Source of the DNA: Amphiscolops sp. MND2022
Lineage: Eukaryota
Reading direction: 5' to 3'
Assembly (NCBI GenBank): GCA_964187785.1
Contig: OZ076413.1
Location: 45,076,001-45,140,000, forward strand
DNA: 64,000 nt
Position numbers and translations under genes: made by a program. Shown piece after piece: positions 49,073 through 60,286 of this stretch. Below the pieces are notes generated by a model, which saw nothing but the letters and a program-made list of their open reading frames with translations, made no database searches and was not told the DNA's origin. Numbering within the stretch: the stretch's first letter is position 1; the number at the start of each line of letters is the position of its first letter.

Positions 49073-49731
49073 AGTGTCTGTTCAGTTCATAATCAGATGA
49101 AGCTGTGCTTCCCAGGTAATCCGATGACACAGTGGATTCTAAGTTTGTTTTGTAAAGGTTTTGTGACGACAAAACCTTGTCCTAAGAAGTGAAAATCTTA
49201 AAATCCTAAAACTCTAACCAAAAACACAAAATTGCCTCACAATGCCCGAACACGCGCCCACATAATCCGTATATAGAACTATAACCCAAGCGCAAGGACC
49301 TACAAATTGCTTGAAATTACTCGAATCAAAATCAACATCGAAGTATAAACCAATCGGTCAAAAAAAATGCTCAGCATTTGTCAAAATCACTACAAACAAA
49401 CGGTTTGTTTGTAGTGACTTTGACAAATGCTGAGCATTTTTTTTGACCGATTGGTTTATACTTCGATGTTGATTTTGATTCGAGTAATTTCAAGCAATTT
49501 GTAGGTCCTTCCGCTTGGGTTATGGTTCTATATACGGATTATGTGGGCGCGTGTTCGGGCATTGTGAGGCAATTTTGTGTTTTTGGTTAGAGTGTTAGGA
49601 TTTTAAGATTTTCACTTCTTAGGACAAGGTTTTGTCGTCACAAAACCTTTACAAAACAAACTTAGAATCCACTGTGTCATCGGATTACCTGGGAAGCACA
49701 GCTTCATCTGATTATGAACTGAACAGACACT
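49073..49731. repeat. 659-bp near-perfect palindrome centred on 49402, preceded by a 37-bp hairpin (49027-49063)
   Basis: 329-bp arms with a 1-nt loop; about 4 mismatches seen. Confidence 0.95.
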
Positions 49732-50102
49732 ACTCTGAGAAATGTCTACCGGAATGATGGAATATGAATGCTGGTTGAAAACGTACGGGTTATCGTTGTG
49801 TTTAGTTAACGTGGCTGGGACAATTAATAAGGTCTAACAAATACTTGGGTGACAGTTGGGGTGTTGTTTATTGTGTTCGAGCGGTCTTTTCTGAGATTTC
49901 TAAACTGCTTGTTTGAAAGGTTACGTGATTAAATATGTAGGTGTTTTTGTATAATAGAATAATTTATGACGTTCGTTTGTGTTGAATTGCGTGTTTTCTT
50001 TAGTTTTCGCCTTAGTGGACTTGTATGCGTGTAAGTTACATGTATGAGCATTTATTGTACATGTGTTTTAGTGTTTTCATGTGTTTTGAGATCATGTGCA
50101 AG

Positions 50103-51135
50103 CGATGGAAGATTTCCATCGTAATTATATCGCAAAGAAGGTTTGTATACACGTAGCGTTGTTATAAGTAGTGGTAAATTTACCGATGGAGAGTTTCCAT
50201 CAGTTCAACATCGTTGTAGGAGCTCGTGTGTAAGTGTTGTTGGTTTTAAGACGCTGAGAGAGTGATGGAACATTTCCATTGCTTTGTCATCGTTAATTTT
50301 TTTGTGTGATAGATGATTTGGAAACTTGGTACGATTATTATTCGATGAAACATTTTCATCGTTTTTTCATTAGTGTATTGCGAGTACATGAGTTTTACTT
50401 TTATTTTCCCTGTAATGTGTTTTTTCAAGCTGTTTTGAAGCAATGAGTAAGTGATGGGATATTTCCATCCCTTATACATTGTTAACGTGATTTTGTTTGA
50501 CTTTTCGTGTATTTACATGGTGATGAGAGAACGATGAAATTTTTCCATCGTTATTTCATCGTTACACTGTTTGTTGTCTGGGTAGGTATTGAGCTGGGGC
50601 AACAGCGATGAGTGAACGTTGAAAGAGTTCCATCGTTTGTTCATCGATGTGTTACTATGGGTTACTAGACTTTGAATTACTTTTGTTTCAACTTTTTGTT
50701 ATCCTCAATCAAGGAGGTGTATCACCTTTGTGTCAATCTAAGGCGTTGTTATTGACGATTGAGGAAGGAATTTCTCTGTAATGATAGTAATTTCAGAGAG
50801 AAGGAAGATGTAGAAGTGATGGTGGATGTCCATCTCTTTTATATCGTGTTGCGGATTTTTGTCAGTCGAGTACGATAGTTTGTCTAATTTCCATCGTGTA
50901 GTCGGTAATTGTGTGTTTCATCAAATGAGGGTTGGTAACCAGATGTCAACACGAGGCGAAGACTACGAAATATCAACAATCAGGTCACGGAACTTCTGTA
51001 TGATTTTGTGGCATGGTCGGAGAGAAGATGGGGATGAGAAATTAATGGATGTGAAACATCGTTTAAACATCTTGATTTTCTAGTTTTTTGCTAGCGATGT
51101 ATTCCCGATGGAAATGTTCCATCGGTTTTACATCG
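50103..51135. repeat. Array of spaced palindromic motif (CGATG-N6-)CGATG-N9-CATCG-N6-CATCG
   Basis: Units at 50103, 50184, 50263, 50343, 50452, 50532, 50617 (mostly ~80-bp period) and 51095; flanking sequence differs between units. Confidence 0.85.
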
Positions 51136-51299
51136 TTTCTGGTAATTTTACTGTTTCTTCACGATGGGGTGTTGTTTAACCATCGTTTTGAGATGAAAGT
51201 GTTGTTTACATGTTTTTCTATTGTTTTTTACTGCAGAGCAGTGTTTGTTTTGCGTAGGGCGTTTCGAGCAAACGAGATTTCATGAATTAGGAAATCTGA

Positions 51300-54200
51300 G
51301 TAGCTTCTCGGCTGAGGGTTTTCGCGTAGTCTATATTTGCTTTTGTTTGTCCTCGTTGCTATCAGATTTGTCGTTTCGTCGTCATTCACCTATCGATGTG
51401 TCTCAGTGTTGGAAGCTATGGTTGATGGTTCTTGTTGTTTCGATGTGTCTTCCATGATATCTTGCGTTTTCGCTGATTTGCACTTGCGGGGCGTTTTGTG
51501 GCAGGTGGTCTATGATTATTTCCGGTTGTGGTGTGATCGACAGTCAATTCGGTAGTCGACTTAGTGGTCTGTCGTGTCTGATTGCTTGTCGGTGATCTGG
51601 AGATTTTAGTCGAATGACTCTTTCAACTGGTGTTTTTTCGTCAGTTTCTGGTTCATCCGGTTCAGAGTTTATTTTTGTTTGTGTAGGGATGTGAGAGTCA
51701 AAAATATCGGAATCTTCCGTGCTGTCCATGTCAGCGTATACTGGTTGTTTACCGATGTCTACGTCTTTTACAGGGAATTCCGGTTTGAAGATTTTCAGTC
51801 GTATACGGTGAACGCATTGTGTTTTGAACGTTCCTACCTTCCGTATGATGTAGTTACTGTCGGACAGCACTTTCAACACTTGAAACGGACCTTTCCAGTG
51901 GAAGGTCTTAAACTCTTCTTTACAACCCTGTGAGTCGTATTTGGGGTCATGTAGGAAAACAAGGTCGTTCACTACGAATGGTTGTGCTTTGGCTTTTATG
52001 TCATAGTAGGCTTTGTACTTGTGGTATGCAGCTACTATATTGTCCGTGTTATTTCGGTAGATTTCGTTCAATCGGTTTAGAATCTGGTTGACGTCTCCAA
52101 ACTTGGTGTCGACTCATCTTTCAGGGTTAAAGTATTTTATGTCCAAAGCGTTGTATGGAGTGCGTCCGTGAAAGATTTCGGTTGGTGAACACTTCAGAGA
52201 AGCTTGGTACTTTGTATTATGGGCCTTGATTGCTATGTCGACATAGCGGTCCCATTGTGGTCTGTCTACATTTTCATGTATTTTTAGGATCTTTTTAAGT
52301 TTTGCATGACTTCTCTCGACCATGCCAATGGTTTGTGCATGTTTTATCGTTGCATGGGAGATTTCAATGCCAATGGCTTTGGTCAGTTGTTGGAATAGTT
52401 CGGCGTTGAAAACGGATCCTTTGTCAGTCAGTATATGCGTTGGAACGTACGCGTGTTTGGCAAATACCAACAGAAGAGCGTTAACGACGGATGCTGTGTC
52501 AGGTTTACGCAGTGGTACAGCAAACAAATAACGCAAGAATACGTCGATTGCGGTCAGGATATGTGTGAATCCGTTTGATGCAGGCAGTGGTCCGACTATG
52601 TCTACCTCCATCAGATCCGTAGGACCGTTACACGGGTCGTATATCTTCTGCAACGGTGGACGGATTTTTGATTCGTTCGTAGATTTCGACCGCATACAAG
52701 TTTCACAGCTTTCTGGTATTTTTTGGGTTTTTCCAGCAAGACTTGGAGAGTAGTAGCGTTTACGTAGTTCAAGTAACATCTTTTTAGAACCAAGGTGTCC
52801 CTGTACAGGGTTACTGTGTAAGGACCTGGTTTTTTCTAACATCACTTGATCAGGTATGACGATTTGATTATGGGACTCAAGGCCTGTATGATCATAAAAG
52901 ATACGGTACAGACCTCCGTTTACATTTTCAAGGCGTTTTCGATTTTTGTAAAGTTTTTAGAAAAACGTTGTCATCAAGTTCACAGAGTGGGTCAAGGTTG
53001 TTTCGCCAGACAAAATTTTTGCCATAAGTTGAATGTCACTATTTGTTTTATGAGTTAAAATAAGATCGACTCTCCCTGAGGGGCTAACCTCCGTCGTCAC
53101 TGAGGCTAGTAACAATGTTTTGACAATGAATTTTGTGTACACTGGTGAGTGGGCATCTGTCATCAGTCGGTAGATATGAGGGCAGCTTGTGTTGTCATCC
53201 TCAAAGGTCGATGGTGATGGATTAACTAAATTCATCGTGTTGTCATCGCCACTGGTTGTCGTCGTCACGTCGAGTGTTTTCATTGGTTTGCCACCGTCAT
53301 GCGCCACTGTCTCTGAGTTTGTCACTTTCATCAGTTTTGCATCGTGTGACTTCTTCTGTCTCAGTGGTTCGCTTGGAGGGAAGTAGTCTGGTTCATCTTC
53401 CTCCTGTTTTGGCGTCTTCGAGGCGATGTCAATTTCGATGTGGTGTACTTGAATGGAATCAGTTAATTTTAGATGAACATGTTCTTCAGATCGAATTTCC
53501 AACCTGGAAAGGTAATCCGCTGCGGGATTCTCTACACCTGGTACATGTGCCAAAATAAAATTGAACTGAAGTGTTTGGTCACAAAAAGTGACGGGTGAAT
53601 GTGTTTGGCCCCAAAAGAAACGGGTGAGTGCCTTATTATCTGTCATTACAATTATAGGCTTCTTTGCACCCCAGAGAATGTGACAGAACTCGTCAAAAGC
53701 ACACTGCATAGCCAGGATTTCTTTAGCATACATTGTCAATGACATCTGTCCACCCTGAAATTTCTTAGAGCCAAAAGCAACTGGGGCATATTTCTTTAAG
53801 CTACCCGATTGTGGTTCAGAGTAGCCTTCTACAAGAAGAACATAGCCCGCTGCATGTTCACTCGCGTCACACATAAGTACTAATTGCTTGTCTGGAAGGG
53901 GGAAGTTTCAATGCCAGTTTAGTAGCCTTGAGTAAACCTTCGTTAATTTCAAAAATCACGTCTTTGTGGCGTTGTTCTAGTTTAAAGGTAGTGTCTTTTT
54001 TATTTATTTCGTGGAGAACAGCTGTTTTGTCCGCCAGTCGGGGAATGTAGATCCTGTAAAAATTGACAAAGTGCTTTAACTGAATTGGGGGGTTTGAGGT
54101 TTCTCAAGAAGTCCGTTACACGTTTTTCTATAGGTGCTAGAAGTGGATTTGCCAAGGTATTCAATTTGTTGTTGGCCAAATTCACATTTACTCATGCTGA

Positions 54201-57130
54201 GTTTCAGACCAGCTTCGGACAATTGCTGAAAAACAAGTTCTAGATTTTCAATCAATTCATCAGGGGCATTCGCAGCTATGCCGATGTCATCAAGATACTG
54301 AGCACAGCGGTCCGCTTTGACCAAGGGGTCTAAGTACTCGCGGACTACGCTGGTGAAGGCTGAAAGATAACGGTTGAGACCTTGGGCTATACTGAGGAAA
54401 GCAAAAGTACGAGATCCAAAGTTAAAGGACAAAAGTTGGATCGACTGCTCATCGGCCATTTGAATGCAATGATAGGCCTGGGAACAATCAAGTTTACAGA
54501 AATATTTTTTCCCGGCCATGTGTTGAGCAGCATCTAAAACAGTTGTTACTGGGTGGTTATGTTCACTATAGTCGTTCTTGATGAGGTGATTGATTCTTCG
54601 CAAGTCAACTAAATACCTTAGTTTACCGTTTGGTTTACGCTGTGCAAAAATTGGTGACGAGTATTTGCTGTAAGGAAGAGTAGTTATAATCCCGTACTCC
54701 TGCATTAACGCAAAATCTACAAGTAGGTCATCTTTTAGGTTAGTAGGGGTAGGGAGACTTTGGGAGTACACTGGTTCATCGTGTTTAGGTGTTAAATTTA
54801 CTTTAAAATCGGTGTTCATGCCGATGTCTAACGATGTCTAGCAAAATAGAAGTTGTACTTTACCAGCAACTCCTCTACCTGAGCTTGTTGAGACGGAGAA
54901 AGAAGCGATTGGTCCCACTTGAAGTTCTGCAGGAACTTGACTCGTTCGTCATGAGAGCGGACAGGATTGAGCTTCTCCGGTTTTCTGAGAGCCAGAATCT
55001 CATCGAAAATGCGTCTTTCGATCTTGTTGAGTTTTTCTGGCTCACTACACGTCTCTGGCGTCGGATACTATTTTGTAGACTTCATCTCCGGACTTCATCC
55101 CAATGAGTTCACGAAGAGTTGATTGATCACTGCCAGGTTTGTAGCCTTGAGTAAACCTTCGTTAATTTCAAAAATCACGTCTTTGTGGCGTTGTTCTAGT
55201 TTAAAGGTAGTGTCTTTTTTATTTAATTCGTGGAGAACAGCTGTTTTGTCCGCCAGTCGGGGAATGTAGATCCTGTAAAAATTGACAAAGTGCTTTAACT
55301 GAATTGGGGGATTTGAGGTTACTCAAGAAGTCCGTTACACGTTTTTCTATAGGTGCGATACCAGTGCTAGAAGTGGATTTGCCAAGGTATTCAATTTGTT
55401 GTTGGCCAAATTCACATTTACTCATGCTGAGTTTCAGACCAGCTTTGGACAATTGCTGAAAAACAAGTTCTAAATTTTCAATCAATTCACCAGGGGCATT
55501 CGCAGCTATGCCGATGTCATCAAGATACTGAGCACAGCGGTCCGCTTTGACCAAGGGGTCTAAGTACTCGCGGACTACGGTGGTGAAGGCTGAAAGATAA
55601 CGGTTGAGACCTTGGGCTATACTGAGGAAAGCAAAAGTACGAGATCCAAAGTTAAAGGACAAAAGTTGGATCGACTGCTCATCGGCCATTTGAATGCAAT
55701 GATAGGCCTGGGAACAATCAAGTTTACAGAAATATTTTTTCCCGGCCATGTGTTGAGCAGCATCTAAAACAGTTGTTACTGGGTGGTTATGTTCACTATA
55801 GTCGTTCTTGATGAGGTGATTGATTCTCCGCAAGTCAACTAAAATCCTTAGTTTACCGTTTGGTTTACGCTGTGCAAAAATTGGTGACGAGTATTTGCTG
55901 TAAGGAAGAGTAGTTATAATCCCGTACTCCTGCATTAACGCAAATTCTACAAGTAGGTCATCTTTTAGGTTAGTAGGGGTAGGGAGACTTTGGGAGTACA
56001 CTGGTTCATCGTGTTTAGGTGTTAAATTTTTACTTTAAAATCAGTGTTCATGCCGATGTCTAGCAAAATAGAAGTTGTACTTTACCAGCAACTCCTCTAC
56101 CTGAGCTTGTTGAGACGGAGAAAGAAGCGATTGGTCCCACTTGAAGTTCTGCAGGAACTTGACTCGTTCGTCATGAGAGCTGACAGGATTGAGCTTCTCC
56201 GGTTTTCTGAGAGCCAGAATCTCATCGAAAATGCGTCTTTCGATCTTGTTGAGTTTGTCTGGCTCATTACACGTCTCTGGCGTCGGATACCCTTTTGTAG
56301 ACTTCATCTCCGGACTTCATTCCAATGTGTTCACGAAGAGTTGATTGATCACTGCTGTTGCGTCGTCGAGGTGATCGATGACCAACTTCAGGTGTTCGAC
56401 TGGCATCGGTGTGATGTTGGCTGCTTCATGAGGCGTTCGTATTTTGAAATTCGCCAGGTTGGTGTTGACTTCAAGTGTGTACACGTGCTAATTGGGGTTG
56501 GTGACCTGAATCATCGTTTTTCCATCGTCTAGGTCAACCACTGCTGGAGAAGCCAAGAGACACGTCTTGCGCATGAACGCTGGAGTCCCTTCGACCGTAC
56601 CAGTTGTACGTGATAAGTCCGCGTCACTGTGGACCTCAATCAGTACTTAATGATGGGGAGGGATGATCGTTCTGCTGCTGGAATATAAACCAATTAACCC
56701 AGTTTTGAATTTTTTATTTGTTTGTTGTCTCACTTGCATTGACATCATATGGTTAGGAAAATGGACTAAATGATTTTTGATGTCGAATTTGAAAGAATAT
56801 TTTTCAAAAAACGACATTCCAATCAGGATCGTTTCCATCATTGGGAGGACCAAAAAGACTTCTTCAAATACTTTTCCTGCTATGAAAAAGCGTAACAGGA
56901 CTTGCTTTCGAATGGGGACTAAGTTGCCGTTAGCTATCTGAACTTTAAAGTTAAGGGGTGGTAATTTGTCTAGTACTGCTTCAGGATGAGCAGCGGTGAT
57001 TTTGCGTTTTCCGCTCCCAGAATGCGCTTTGCACTGCTCCGGTGTCTAAAAGACTTTGGTTTTCGTAGCTGTTAAACTAGAGGGGAACAAACAACATCTT
57101 ATCCTTTTTATTTAAATGTAAGGTGGGACT
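51300..57130 (-). pseudogene. pol: Decayed pol of element 2 (PR, duplicated RT, RNase H, integrase)
   Basis: LDTGAVQS (~57030-57052); LRILVDLRRIN; QYLDDIG; CDASEHAAGYVL; HVPGVENPAADYLSR; H..GHLG..C..C; DIVGPLP; TDKGSVF; GMVERSH; WKGPF; multiple frameshifts; boundaries approximate. Confidence 0.93.
53912..56352. repeat. Tandem ~1.22-kb duplication of the RT region (53912-55130, 55131-56352)
   Basis: ORFs 54076-54819 and 55219-56001 nearly identical; junction GATCAC|TGCCAG with TGC microhomology. Confidence 0.93.
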
Positions 57131-57499
57131 AAGTACGTGAAATTGATAATTGGTTGAATGTTTTCTAGTTTTTGATCAACTATTCTTGTCGTCTACATGT
57201 GTTTTACTACTAAGTCGTTTTGTCGATTTGTCATCGGTTGAGAGTCGGTTTGTTGGTTGTAGATGTGAGGACATCTCTTTGGCATCGTGCGCAGGACTCA
57301 ATGCGCTGTTCTGCCTGTTCATCGTTTGTTCATCGAGCGAATTTTCCAATGGAGTGAATCTGTTGGTGGTCTACATCGACCTCATCGGTTGTTCATCGGA
57401 TTTCAGGTATCTTCGCAGATAGACTTCGTCTGCTTTGCCGGAATCACCAGAGGGCTGTCAAGACCTCTGATGACGATTGTGTTGAGTTTTTTGAGTCGA

Positions 57500-58946
57500 G
57501 TGAGTTTTTGAGTCAGAGTGTGGGTGCGCACTTTGATTGTTCGCGGAGTGAAATTGTGGCTTTACTGAAAATCCTGTTCTCCTTCTGAGGATGGATCTTC
57601 ATCGTTGTCTTGTATTCCCATTTGGTTCACGGGGCGCTGTTGTTGTTTTAATTCTCGTCTTCGTTCCTTGTTCTCTTGTTCATTTGTTCGTTGGTAGGTT
57701 AGTTGTCCAAATGGTGTACTTGTCTGTTTCAGGAGTCGCTTCCTGCAGTCCCTGGCTGAGTGACCAGGGTACCCACAAATGAGGCATACCAGTTTTGGGT
57801 TGTGTTTTGGCTGGTCTTCATCTTGTCGTTTGGTAGGTTGTATGGCGTCTGGTTTGTTGATACCATTTGCCTCGTCTCTTTGGCGTCCTCTGCATTCTTG
57901 TTTCCTGTGGCCTTGTTTACCACAGTAGAAACATTCTCCTTCGAAGCGTTTAGTGTTGGATTTGGGCTGGGATTGTTCAGATTGTGTGAATTATCTTTTG
58001 GTGTTGTTATCAAACATCCGGTTAAATGGCTGGTATGTCGCTGCTGGTTCTTGTAGGACCTTCTGATACTGATATTTTCTGAGTAGGTAGGTTTTGATTT
58101 TTCGGGGCTAATGTCTTCCCTAATCGCCATTGTCAGTTCTTGTTGTATTTCTACGGGTAATTTCCCGAAGAGAAACATCTTGATACACTTGTCCGCCTCG
58201 TCGCCGTAGGCTTGCTTGGCGATTTTCTTGAGATCTTTTAGAAAATCTCCGAAACTCTGACTGGTCGCATCGTTATTGGCTTGATGGTGATGGTTTGCCA
58301 AAAGTCAATGGCTTCATCGCGGAGTAAACGGTGGAAGAAATGAATTTTATCTTCTTCTGTGATCTTGTTGGCGATTGGTCGGAAATGATTGAGTAAAAGG
58401 TGCCTGAATACATTGCATTGGTCTTTAGAGCCGCGGAAATTGGGAACGTGGGTTTGCAGGAGTTTCGTGTTGGTTTTCAGCAAATTCCTGGAAAGATCTT
58501 GGATGGCGTTGAGTAATGCGGTCTCCGTTGAATTTCTAGGTGTGTATTCGTAGTCGTCTTCTTCTTCATCATCGTGGAAATGGTTGCGTGGATTTCTGTG
58601 AGTCCTGTTGACACCTGTCACCATGTTAAACGACCGTACAGCAAACGATGATGTTGCGGTAGCAGTGTCTAGTTGTCTGTTTCTCTCCTCATTCTGCTCT
58701 AGCAACTTCTCCGTCATCGCTTTTAGTGTAATCATTTCATTCTGAAGGTGATCAAATTTCTCATCATTGCTCTCTGAGAATCAGATCCGTTAGTTGGTGA
58801 ATTACGTCCGGACTGGACTTGTTCTTCTGAGTTTCCACTGTTGTTTTCCACTCTCAGAACCTTTTCGCTATAAGGAAATTTGGTTGATGTTTTTGAAGTT
58901 GTTGGAAATTCCCGTTTCTAAGTATTATTGAAGAACTAGTACTTAT
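57500..58946 (-). pseudogene. gag: Decayed gag of element 2, starting inside the 5' LTR
   Basis: VPNFRGSKD..F..LL; zinc knuckles CFYCGKQGHRKQEC (~57893-57934) and CLICGYPGHSARDC (~57745-57787); frameshifted. Confidence 0.85.
58607..58623 (-). promoter_or_regulatory. Primer-binding site of element 2 (tRNA-Leu-like, uncertain)
   Basis: TGGTGACAGGTGT directly after the 5' LTR's terminal CA on - strand. Confidence 0.65.
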
Positions 58947-60286
58947 ATGATGAAAAAGAGATCTATTTTGCGGATAAGAGTTGAATTGTTGAGGACAAAA
59001 AGGAGTAAACTCAGATATCTAGTTTTACAAAGTCTTGTTACTTGATTATACGTGTAAGCGTTAGTAAGTTTTTGTGTATCCCTGTCGCTAGTAGCCTCTC
59101 GCTTGGTAAGACGCAATTCTTACCATCCGTTCGTCCTATTGGTTACTAGGTAGGTGCTAAGTAGCACTTGGTCACGTGACCAGTCATTTTACATGTTGCA
59201 AGAGGGTTACTAGTTACGAAATGCGCGCCAATTTGATTTCCAGCTAGTTACTATGAATATGTAATATGTTCAAATTGGTAGTTCGCAATAATCATCACCT
59301 GAGTCATCATTAGCATCGGAATTACATCAAAATGGTAAAATAGCTCATACGGCGTTCAGTTCGAACAAATTGAAGGTGAAGCGACGTGAATATGATGAAT
59401 CTATAGCACTGGAATGATTAAGCAGCAAATTTCAACAAGTCTTGTCGTTGATATCCTTTTCACTAGTTGATTCCGTTTTGTGGTGGTGGATGTAACTACG
59501 ATGAATGAGTTTTCGCTCTAGTAATAGTGTGATCAACTAGATGTGAAAACGATGAATTAAGATCACTGATTACAAAGTGAGGGTGAATACATCGCTTTAT
59601 CATCGTCAAACATATATCCGATCGTGATGTCCAAACGATGAAAGATTTCCATCGTTTTTCCATCGTCTGTGTTGCACGTTCAGTTAGTGGTTCATCAGCA
59701 ATGTGTAAACGATGAAACAATTTCATCTGTTGCATATCGTCAATAATACTGCGCTCCTTAGTTCAATCGAGGGGTTTCATCGCTTTCTCATTTTCCTCAT
59801 TTTCTGTTGTTCTGTCATAGTTAAACTATGTAATATAGATGAAACTTGTTAGATTGAGATTCATTTCGAGTTTTAGCACAGATATTATCGTTATGTCATC
59901 ATTTCAAGAGAGGAGGTTGTCGCGCTAGTATTCTCTGAGGCAGGAGCTTTCCAGCGAGTGTCAGTCTCGTCGTTTCTCAATAAAACGGTCCAGTTTGACC
60001 GAAAGACTACTTTCTCTTTTTGCGACCTGCCATCAATGAATAATAGCAACTTGGTGGTTAGCAAAACCATAAATTGCGAACATCGGAATTAGAATGCTCA
60101 GTAAATAATTAAATAAACTACTCAGTTCTCATGGGGAATGAGGGGATTAGGTACAGATAACGTAGAGTTGCTCACGACCATAGATCTTGTTATATGACAT
60201 CATATTGCCCGTATCTAAGTACATAAGACATATTATTCACATTACAGATATTTAGTAGATTATATTCCCATCATGCTGGAATGACA
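58624..60286 (-). repeat. 5' LTR of element 2 (1663 bp)
   Basis: Homologous to 42358-44040; followed by TSD ATCGT. Confidence 0.93.

Larger units (their letters stand above)
42358..60286 (-). mobile_element. Full-length decayed Ty3/Gypsy LTR retrotransposon (element 2, 17.9 kb)
   Basis: LTRs 42358-44040 and 58624-60286 with TG..CA ends; 5-bp TSD ATCGT (42353-42357, 60287-60291); PBS next to the 5' LTR; PR-RT-RH-IN remnants on - strand. Confidence 0.95.

Noticed and set aside
50103..50646. CRISPR-like appearance (palindromic unit with variable spacers at ~80-bp period)
   Set aside because: Units are degenerate outside the pentamers, the context is a eukaryotic retroelement, and no cas genes are present; treated as a binding-site array
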